From: an uncultured virus (IMG/VR IMGVR_UViG_3300038530_001278)
Taxonomy: Duplodnaviria > Heunggongvirae > Uroviricota > Caudoviricetes
Length of the DNA stretch: 20,000 nucleotides
IMG/VR virus record: IMGVR_UViG_3300038530_001278
Reading direction: 5' to 3' (one strand)
The notes beneath the pieces were generated by a model. It was not told where the DNA came from and made no database searches. It saw nothing but the letters and a program-made list of their open reading frames with translations. Shown here one piece after another: positions 10,556 to 17,249 of the stretch. The translations under genes and the position numbers were made by a program. How positions within the stretch are numbered: position 1 is the first letter of the stretch; every line of letters starts with the position of its first letter.

Positions 10556-12133
10556 TTATGCTGGTTTATAAGAGCCGTCAGCTTGTTTTACATACCCTAA
10601 ATTACTAAATAGTGCATCTATTTGTGGGTCAGAAAAATAACCAGGAGCATAGGCTCTGTTCATAGCTCCATACATATTTAAGTAAGGTGCTAATGCTTGC
10701 AATTGTGCTTCTTGTGATCTCTTATTAGTTCTTTGTGTTAGTAGATCTTGTGCGTCTTGTACAACACCACTGAATAAATTTCTATTTGCTAATCTTCTTT
10801 GATTTAAAAAGTCTGCTAGTTGAAATTCATTATCAAAATCAGTTTTTATATTCTTTTCTTCTATTGGTTTATTAATAGCTGCTACTCTCATTCCTAATTG
10901 GTTCTCTAAGTTTCTTTTACCTGAAAATAGTTTACCTCTTGCTCTTGCTCCTGCTGTTACATCGGCTGCGGTGTTCTTATCAAAATTCTGTCTTTTTGTA
11001 GACATTTGTTTTCTTTGTTTTAAATTAAGTAATTGATTATCTGCAATTGCTTGTAGTTCTGGATTTATATCAACTTCTGTATTAGCATAGAATGGACTGA
11101 TTCTTCCCATAGGAGGTGGTGCTATCATACCTCTAATTGTATTAGCATCATTCATATACTCTAATCCTTTTGTAGCTCCTAATAAACCATCAACTATTTT
11201 GCCTACAATAGCTTGTCCTTTAGTTTTACCAGCACCTGTTGCTCCACTTGTACCTGTTTGAATTTCATTATTTGCAGGAGTACCTGGTATATTTATTGCT
11301 TGAGCTAAGTTAGATAAATCTACCTTTGGCAGTTCAGGTTCTAACATTACAGGTTGTTTTGGTTCAATAGCTAATACAGGTTTCTCTCTTGCGTCATTAA
11401 ACTCTTTTAATGCAGCAAAAGTATCTTTACCAAACTTGCCATCTATCCCTGCATTATTTACAGAAAACCTTCCTCCTTTATTAATAAACTCAAATTCATC
11501 ACCTGATAAAAATCTTTCAGAACCCGCTCCTGTATAACCACCTAGTAGTCCTTCTTGTAGTCTTTTTACATGCTCAGGGTTTCTAGGATTAAACTGATCA
11601 CCAAGTCCTGATATTAATCCAGCTTCACCTAATAACTCTTCTGTTAATTGATCATCTGTTATACCATCATATAACTGTCCGCCTGCTTGAAAAACTCCCC
11701 TACCTTTCAATACGTCAGCTCTAGTTATTTTGTCAAATGGTGGTGCTAATGCTGCAAGTTTCTTTTCTTTTGGCGTGAGTTTACCTCCTTTTTTCATATA
11801 CCCCATTGTGTTTCTAACCTCTTCAGGTAACTTAGGTAATCCTTTATTATCTGGTGGTATAGGTTTAAGCGTTCCGCCTTTTGCCATTCGCATTTCTCGT
11901 TGAGCAATGCTTTGATTAGGTGAATCAGGAGCAGTTTCTTTCTGATCCATTTTATTTGCTTGGTTTTGATTATCAAGCATAAGCTGATTCAGCCTATCTG
12001 ACACACGTTTTAACATAAGAGTAGCTGCATTCTTTTCTGCATCTGTTGTAGCATTCTGTAATGCACTATCATATTTATTATATGCGTTAGATAACTTCTC
12101 AGCTATATCTGCGTATGTCATTTTTTTAGCCAT
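10556..12133 (-). CDS. Putative virion cargo protein with peptidoglycan-binding-like domain, 525 aa
   Basis: HVKRLQEGLL...GIDGKFGKDTFAALKEF resembles the PG_binding_1 signature (LQ..L...DG.FG..T..A...F). Three hydrophobic-x-x-GG motifs (MAKGG, MKKGG, FQAGG). Helical N- and C-termini. Confidence 0.7.
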   Translation of the reverse strand: MAKKMTYADIAEKLSNAYNKYDSALQNATTDAEKNAATLMLKRVSDRLNQLMLDNQNQANKMDQKETAPDSPNQSIAQREMRMAKGGTLKPIPPDNKGLPKLPEEVRNTMGYMKKGGKLTPKEKKLAALAPPFDKITRADVLKGRGVFQAGGQLYDGITDDQLTEELLGEAGLISGLGDQFNPRNPEHVKRLQEGLLGGYTGAGSERFLSGDEFEFINKGGRFSVNNAGIDGKFGKDTFAALKEFNDAREKPVLAIEPKQPVMLEPELPKVDLSNLAQAINIPGTPANNEIQTGTSGATGAGKTKGQAIVGKIVDGLLGATKGLEYMNDANTIRGMIAPPPMGRISPFYANTEVDINPELQAIADNQLLNLKQRKQMSTKRQNFDKNTAADVTAGARARGKLFSGKRNLENQLGMRVAAINKPIEEKNIKTDFDNEFQLADFLNQRRLANRNLFSGVVQDAQDLLTQRTNKRSQEAQLQALAPYLNMYGAMNRAYAPGYFSDPQIDALFSNLGYVKQADGSYKPA

Positions 12134-12134
12134 A

Positions 12135-14654
12135 TTATATATTTTTTAAGTAATCTTCAACATTAGTTTTTAATCTATCGGAGAAAACAAACCCTGCATC
12201 TAATGCTTGGTTAGTTTGTGAACCAAATCCGGTGTTACCACCTTTTACTCCTATACCGCCTGAGGGTGCATCATGCGTGTCTCCTACAAATTTAAACATA
12301 TTTGGTCCAATTTTACGCACTTCTCCGTGTTTATCTGTCTTTGGCGGGTTATTTGCAGGTGCCATCATTAGCTCTCCTCCTTCTACCGTATAATCAGCAT
12401 CAGGTATCATACCGCCATCCTTAGCATAGTAGCTATAATTATCAACTCCCTCTGTAGGGTATTGACTTAACACACTAGCTGCTTGTACTTGATCTTGTGC
12501 AGACTGTGAAGCTAGTCTATTATTTAATCTATTTTCTTTATCTGCTTTCATTTTTGCTAATAGTTTTTTGTGTTGGCTTTTTCCTAATAGTCCACCACCT
12601 ATAGCACCTAGAACTCCACCTACTATAGCTCCTACAGGACCAAGTGCCATACCCAGAGATGCTCCTTGACCTGCCATATTAATTGCTTGTGCTGTTCCTG
12701 CCTCGCCTGGTGTAATCTCTGATGCATCATCACCTAAACTTGCTTGATAAATACCGCTACCTATAGTTCCTAGCTGATCAAACGGTATAGCTGACATTGT
12801 TTTAGCAAACTTACTTTGTCCTCCTCCAGAACTATTACCTTGATTTCCACTAGTTCCACTAGTTCCGCCACCTGTATTAAACTTTTTCTTTTTAGGTAAT
12901 ACTTTTATTTTACCATTGTGTGTTCTTGCATATCTATGTGTAGCTGTTTCTCTACTAGGTATTAAAGTACCGCTATACCTTTTACCTCCGAACATCCAAC
13001 TTACGTTTCCTCCTTTACCCATTGCTGGTGGAAGTGGTAGAGGCTCTGTTCTTATAGGCATGGCTGATACATCTACTATAGGACTAGGAGATAATGTACT
13101 TACTGCTACTGGAGAGCGTTGGTATCTACCACTATCTAACATATTTTGATATCGAGCTAGTTCGTTATTGAGGTTTTGCATATTGCCTGTATATCTAGTT
13201 ACTCTATATCCACTTTCAGGATCAGCAAAATCATATTCTACAGGTCTTGAAGATATTCCTTTTCTAAAACTTCCTCCCATATTTTCCATTATTATAGGAT
13301 TTCCAGCATCATCAAACTTTCCAGAGAATATTTGTGTATGTTGTCCTCCTTCAGGTCCACCCGTGCTATAGTTACTTACAATTCTATCTCCTGGTTGTAA
13401 GTCTGCGTATGATTGTGGGTTAATAACTTCCATTCCCATACCGGCAGGATTTGCTTGTATCATAGAATTCATCATAGCATTACCTGAAAAGATAGGCAAT
13501 CTACCAGGATTATAAGTACGACTACCATCTGGAGATTCAACTTCTCCATGTAATTCAGCTCCTGCTTCAGCTAATATTCCACAGCCGTAACTTGTACAAC
13601 CATAAGCATTTTTATTTTGTTCCTGTAAAGAGCTTAAATAATTAAACGTAGGACCTATAACTTCAGTTGAATCTACACTTTTTTGATTATATGGATCTCT
13701 ATTTCTTTCTTCTGCCGTAGCATATTTAGGTAGTTGATCTTGTATGTTTTGTTGAAACTGCTGTAATCTTTGTTGTTCTGCAGCCATAGCAGCATTTATT
13801 CTTGCCATTTCTGCATCTATTTGTTTTTTAGTCATCATCTTATCAGAGGACTGTGTGTCAGCTACGCTACCTCCTCCTTGTAAATCATCTTTATTATATG
13901 TTTCATAATAAACACGTAAACCTTCTTCTCCTCTTTTAGGATCAAGTGTGACTTGATTTTGTATATTAAAGTTTTGTGGTAAATAAGGTAAGTTAAAACT
14001 TGTTTGTCCTTCATTTATTCTTTTTTGTATTCTAGCATCTCTTAACTGATCTAATACCATACCTGTTCTATCATCACCATAACCAAAAAACATTGTATCA
14101 TTAGGTTGAAGATTAACTCTTTCAGCAAACTCATTATAAGTAGGTATGTTAAACTGTCTCTGTAGTTTTCTATCTTGAAATATTGGTGTTTTACCTCCAG
14201 CTTGAAATTGTTGTGTACTTAGTTTTGTCCCTTTATTAAGTACTTTACTAGCTACTTTTGCAGTTGTAGGATTTAATCCTGATGCTTTTAATGGTCTGGC
14301 AAAAGGGAACATACTTGCAAAACTCATTGCTGCATCTCCATATTTACCACCAGCCAAAGACTCCACACCTTTATAAAAAGTTCCAGGTATATTAGCCATA
14401 TTAAACGCTATATCCATAGGTTGTGATTCCACATTACCTGCTTCTAGAGCTTTATCAAAGTTATAAGGTAAATTCCCTGTTTGGAACTTCTGTCTTAGAG
14501 ATTGAAAAGGGTACTTAATAAAAGAACGTACATCGCTACCAAACTCCTGTAAAGCTGTAGGAGCCTCAGAGATCATAGCCTGCCCTGGGACAGGTGGAGG
14601 AGGAGTACCTCCCATTTGTTTTTTTCTAGGATCGTATGTATATTTTTTATTCAT
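12135..14654 (-). CDS. Putative virion cargo protein with NlpC/P60-like peptidase domain and glycine-zipper membrane segment, 839 aa
   Basis: GCTSY...LQPGDRIV...QHTQIF (Cys at 13596-13598, His at 13338-13340); GASLGMALGPVGAIVGGVLGAIGGGLLG glycine zipper; C-terminal VEGGE...GDTHDAPSGGI...FVFSDRLK block that I recall from crAss-like cargo proteins. Confidence 0.72.
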   Translation of the reverse strand: MNKKYTYDPRKKQMGGTPPPPVPGQAMISEAPTALQEFGSDVRSFIKYPFQSLRQKFQTGNLPYNFDKALEAGNVESQPMDIAFNMANIPGTFYKGVESLAGGKYGDAAMSFASMFPFARPLKASGLNPTTAKVASKVLNKGTKLSTQQFQAGGKTPIFQDRKLQRQFNIPTYNEFAERVNLQPNDTMFFGYGDDRTGMVLDQLRDARIQKRINEGQTSFNLPYLPQNFNIQNQVTLDPKRGEEGLRVYYETYNKDDLQGGGSVADTQSSDKMMTKKQIDAEMARINAAMAAEQQRLQQFQQNIQDQLPKYATAEERNRDPYNQKSVDSTEVIGPTFNYLSSLQEQNKNAYGCTSYGCGILAEAGAELHGEVESPDGSRTYNPGRLPIFSGNAMMNSMIQANPAGMGMEVINPQSYADLQPGDRIVSNYSTGGPEGGQHTQIFSGKFDDAGNPIIMENMGGSFRKGISSRPVEYDFADPESGYRVTRYTGNMQNLNNELARYQNMLDSGRYQRSPVAVSTLSPSPIVDVSAMPIRTEPLPLPPAMGKGGNVSWMFGGKRYSGTLIPSRETATHRYARTHNGKIKVLPKKKKFNTGGGTSGTSGNQGNSSGGGQSKFAKTMSAIPFDQLGTIGSGIYQASLGDDASEITPGEAGTAQAINMAGQGASLGMALGPVGAIVGGVLGAIGGGLLGKSQHKKLLAKMKADKENRLNNRLASQSAQDQVQAASVLSQYPTEGVDNYSYYAKDGGMIPDADYTVEGGELMMAPANNPPKTDKHGEVRKIGPNMFKFVGDTHDAPSGGIGVKGGNTGFGSQTNQALDAGFVFSDRLKTNVEDYLKNI

Positions 14655-15118
14655 TATTTATTTCTTATTGATTGAAACTTTTCTGCCCCACGCGAACCAA
14701 AATAAGCCACATACACGGTAACCAAAAGTGTCTGCAATAAATCTACCCAACCTTCAGATACACCAAAGCTCCACTCAAAACTATCTAGTAGTATAAGTAG
14801 AACCATAGATATAGTTAAGAAGATCAAACTCAGAGGTCTAGTATTCTTACTTAACCATGAGTCTGATTTCATATCGCTTTCCCATCGCTTTGAGACTTCT
14901 TGCATCTCAACCATATCAAGCTCAAGCAGTTTCATTGCTTTCTCTTTATCTTCTGGGGGTAGTACAGTGTCCGGTTCTTTTTCAATTAAACCTTTTACTA
15001 CACCTAATACTCCTGCATCAGGTAAAACATCTCCAACAACACCTAATATACTAGGTACTTTCTGAGACAGAAACTGTCCCACTTTAGTTTCAGAAAACTT
15101 CTTTTTTGGCTTACTCAT
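14654..15118 (-). CDS. Holin, 3TM (GTA-type) family-like, 154 aa
   Basis: Amphipathic N-terminus, then RWESDMKSDSWLSKNTRPL followed by two hydrophobic helices ending AYFGSRGAEK, the pattern of the 'holin of 3TMs' family. TAATG overlap with the downstream gene. Confidence 0.75.
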   Translation of the reverse strand: MSKPKKKFSETKVGQFLSQKVPSILGVVGDVLPDAGVLGVVKGLIEKEPDTVLPPEDKEKAMKLLELDMVEMQEVSKRWESDMKSDSWLSKNTRPLSLIFLTISMVLLILLDSFEWSFGVSEGWVDLLQTLLVTVYVAYFGSRGAEKFQSIRNK

Positions 15119-15122
15119 AATA

Positions 15123-15410
15123 TTAACATTTCCACCTACGTCTAGCTTGTCTTATTCTAGAGTTCGGATTATTTCTAGTTTTTGCACTAGATCTCTTGAG
15201 TTGTCCCAGGCTTCTAGCACAATACGATTTACGTCTTTTAGCAGCTTTACTGCCTCTTTTAACTTTGCCGGTAACTGCAGTCTTTAGTTTAGATCCAGGG
15301 TTAGCACGTCTATATGCTCTGACTCCTTTACGAGTCATGCCTGCACCTGACTTAGTTTTACGATAGTTACCGCCTTTGCCAGTAGTTCTCCTTATAGCTT
15401 TCTCTGCCAT
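15123..15410 (-). CDS. Small highly basic phage protein, 95 aa (RRKSYCARS...RRWKC type; DUF6321-like by recollection)
   Basis: Very Lys/Arg-rich, with RRKSYCAR and terminal WKC motifs familiar from aquatic phage proteins. Start overlaps the upstream stop (TAATG). Confidence 0.8.
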   Translation of the reverse strand: MAEKAIRRTTGKGGNYRKTKSGAGMTRKGVRAYRRANPGSKLKTAVTGKVKRGSKAAKRRKSYCARSLGQLKRSSAKTRNNPNSRIRQARRRWKC

Positions 15411-15580
15411 TATTTCTTCTTTTTTCTTTTCTTAGCTGTTTTTGCAGCTCTTCTGAAATTAGCAGCTGTAGGAGCTCCTTTAGAACCTGGTTTTCTCATT
15501 TTTTCACCAGATCCTGCTTTAATACGCTTTCTTTTAGCGTGTATGTTTGCGTACAAACCTTTTTTCTTCTTTTTTGCCAT
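15410..15580 (-). CDS. Small basic protein, 56 aa (MAKKKKKGLYANIHAKRKRIKAGSGEKMRKPGSKGAPTAANFRRAAKTAKKRKKKK)
   Basis: Manually translated, below the ORF-track cutoff. ATG 15580, TAA 15410-15412 overlapping the next ATG. The GLYANIHAKR motif is familiar from marine phages. Confidence 0.85.
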   Translation of the reverse strand: MAKKKKKGLYANIHAKRKRIKAGSGEKMRKPGSKGAPTAANFRRAAKTAKKRKKKK

Positions 15581-15588
15581 AATAATTA

Positions 15589-15711
15589 TTATTTACATCC
15601 GTCTTTACGGAATTTTTTTAAACTTAACATACCACCATGGGCGTAAGAGTAAGATCTTTTCTTCTTCTTACGTTTTGTTGTTCCACCTTTTTTCATGCAT
15701 CCACACCCCAT
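15589..15711 (-). CDS. Small basic protein, 40 aa (MGCGCMKKGGTTKRKKKKRSYSYAHGGMLSLKKFRKDGCK)
   Basis: Manually translated. Fills the gap between neighbours (2 nt after the upstream stop) and carries two GG motifs (MKKGG, YAHGG). Confidence 0.75.
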   Translation of the reverse strand: MGCGCMKKGGTTKRKKKKRSYSYAHGGMLSLKKFRKDGCK

Positions 15712-15713
15712 GA

Positions 15714-15881
15714 TTAAACATTTCTTCTTTTGATATTCATAGCAGCTAGCATTCCGCCACCCATCTTACTGAGCTTTTTATCTAGCATACCACCTATTGC
15801 ATACGGAGTTGGTTTATCCGTAGATCCGCCTGCTTTCATCTTCATCTTTTTCTTTTTCTTTGATTTTGTATGATATCCCAT
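15714..15881 (-). CDS. Small basic protein, 55 aa (MGYHTKSKKKKKMKMKAGG...YAIGGML...)
   Basis: C-terminal part of ORF-track entry 15714..15974. Start reassigned to ATG 15881 because the longer version overlaps the 15907-16056 gene. Carries GG motifs. Confidence 0.75.
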   Translation of the reverse strand: MGYHTKSKKKKKMKMKAGGSTDKPTPYAIGGMLDKKLSKMGGGMLAAMNIKRRNV

Positions 15882-15906
15882 AACTAAAAATTTATAAATT
15901 AAACAA

Positions 15907-16056
15907 CTATTTACCGCTATGCTTTTTTTGCACAGCAAAATTATACGATAAGCTTGCTCCTTTGTGTTTAACAAACTTGCCCGTATGTTTCATAAGTTTA
16001 GGGCTACCTTTACCAGCTTTCATCCAGTGATACCCCTTTGGTGCTTTTACTTTCAT
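15907..16056 (-). CDS. Small basic protein, 49 aa (MKVKAPKGYHWMKAGKGSPKLMKHTGKFVKHKGASLSYNFAVQKKHSGK)
   Basis: Manually translated. ATG 16056 one base after the upstream TAA, TAG stop at 15907-15909. Confidence 0.8.
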   Translation of the reverse strand: MKVKAPKGYHWMKAGKGSPKLMKHTGKFVKHKGASLSYNFAVQKKHSGK

Positions 16057-16057
16057 A

Positions 16058-16222
16058 TTAATGCCATCTAAATGTTATTGCAATTATAATTAAATAAATA
16101 TTTAGTTCATACCAATCTTCGTCTGCATATTCTGGTATTCTATCATCTTTACTAAAATAAGTAAATCCTAATAAAGCACCATCTCCTAAGAGACGCACAT
16201 GTATTAAACTAAATAAGTTCAT
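16058..16222 (-). CDS. Small hydrophobic protein, 54 aa (MNLFSLIHVRLLGDGALLGFTYFSKDDRIPEYADEDWYELNIYLIIIAITFRWH)
   Basis: Manually translated. TAATG overlap with the upstream gene; hydrophobic beta-strand-like termini around an acidic loop. Confidence 0.75.
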   Translation of the reverse strand: MNLFSLIHVRLLGDGALLGFTYFSKDDRIPEYADEDWYELNIYLIIIAITFRWH

Positions 16223-16440
16223 TATTTCTTTTTCTTTCTACCTTTTCTAGACTTGCCTTTAACTGCAGATCCAACATCTCCTAATTGATTACCAACTTCT
16301 GCAATTGCATCTTTGACATCAACTAGTTCTTGTCCTACATTTTTAGCACGTCTTTTTACTTCTTTAACTGTTGCTATGGCTTTCTCGTCTACTGTGGTCT
16401 TACTCCATAACTTAGTCCACCATTTTTTAAATATATTCAT
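16222..16440 (-). CDS. Hypothetical protein, 72 aa, amphipathic Trp-rich N-terminus and basic tail
   Basis: ORF track; MNIFKKWWTKLWSK amphipathic helix, helical middle, KSRKGRKKKK tail; coupled to the next gene. Confidence 0.75.
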   Translation of the reverse strand: MNIFKKWWTKLWSKTTVDEKAIATVKEVKRRAKNVGQELVDVKDAIAEVGNQLGDVGSAVKGKSRKGRKKKK

Positions 16441-16449
16441 ATCCTTAAA

Positions 16450-16860
16450 TTAAAATTGTCCCGCTTGTGCGGCATCATCTACTGCTTCTTGTATGTCAGC
16501 TAGATCTGCAGGTAGCAGTAGGTCTAACCCTGCTTTAAATGCTGACTCTTTTATACCGTCATAAAACACTATGACTGTGGGTGCCATACGCACCTTGTAT
16601 TTCTTTTTTGCATTAGGAGCTTTTGATATATCAACTCTATAGTATAATGCATTTTCGATCTTATCCCATTCGGCAAAACAATTCTGTTCGTTAAACTCTG
16701 CCCAGAATTCAACTACAACAGGTTGAAGCTCATCATCACCAAAAGCAGACTTTTGATTAATTTTGTCTTCAAAGTTACTATCGTCTATCCAATACTCTGC
16801 TGGTACATCACTTTGTGAATACGAGTAAAAGGATACCAACAGTATTATTATAAATCTCAT
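16450..16860 (-). CDS. Secreted thioredoxin-fold protein lacking CxxC, 136 aa
   Basis: Signal peptide MRFIIILLVSFYSYS|Q; IDDSNFEDKI...VVVEFWAEFN...YYRVDI...KYKVRMAPTVIVFYDG follows the thioredoxin pattern including the cis-Pro position (APT), but only one Cys is present. Confidence 0.8.
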   Translation of the reverse strand: MRFIIILLVSFYSYSQSDVPAEYWIDDSNFEDKINQKSAFGDDELQPVVVEFWAEFNEQNCFAEWDKIENALYYRVDISKAPNAKKKYKVRMAPTVIVFYDGIKESAFKAGLDLLLPADLADIQEAVDDAAQAGQF

Positions 16861-17180
16861 TACCTCTGTTTTTGTATTTCATAGAGTCTTTCATCTATCT
16901 TATCTAACTTTTCTTTTATATCTTCTACATCATCTTGTGTATCTAATATTGTAGATCTAATCAATTCATCTTTTAGATCATACTCTGTTCTAGATATCTC
17001 AGGCTTAGGTAGTTCTTTAGCTTCTGCAATATCAGCTTGCAGAGTAAACCACATACCTGCCAACGTAACAATACCTGCAATTAAGCCTCCTATCGTTTTC
17101 AACGATATAGCGAAATCTGATTTTCCGTCACCGTCTACATCTATTCCCATAGACGTGTTTTCATCTAATTGTCGTGCCAT
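16860..17180 (-). CDS. Single-pass membrane protein with C-terminal coiled coil, 106 aa
   Basis: IGGLIAGIVTLAGMWFTL hydrophobic helix; heptad-like VEDIKEKLDKIDERLYEI; N-terminal DVDGDGKSDF (DxDxDG) loop. Confidence 0.75.
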   Translation of the reverse strand: MARQLDENTSMGIDVDGDGKSDFAISLKTIGGLIAGIVTLAGMWFTLQADIAEAKELPKPEISRTEYDLKDELIRSTILDTQDDVEDIKEKLDKIDERLYEIQKQR

Positions 17181-17191
17181 AGTTTTTTTGT

Positions 17192-17248
17192 TTAATCACC
17201 ACATAGACCGCAGCCTATGCAAAATGGACATATAAAATTTGTTTTCAT
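17192..17248 (-). CDS. Putative 18-aa Cys-rich micropeptide MKTNFICPFCIGCGLCGD
   Basis: ATG at 17248 lies one base after the barrel gene's TAA (same TAA-T-ATG junction as at 12135/12133 and 16058/16056); TAA at 17192-17194; fills most of the 69-bp gap; four Cys spaced CxxCxxCxxC. Confidence 0.6.
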   Translation of the reverse strand: MKTNFICPFCIGCGLCGD

Positions 17249-17249
17249 A

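Noticed and set aside
11794..11976. 60-aa alternative-frame minus-strand ORF
   Set aside because: Nested inside the 525-aa gene, with no independent evidence.
12846..12866. Short direct repeat TTCCACTAG TTCCACTAG TTCC
   Set aside because: Simply encodes a GTSGTSG low-complexity linker.
15882..15974. N-terminal extension of ORF 15714..15974 from a TTG start
   Set aside because: Overlaps the better supported 15907-16056 gene; ATG at 15881 is the more plausible start.
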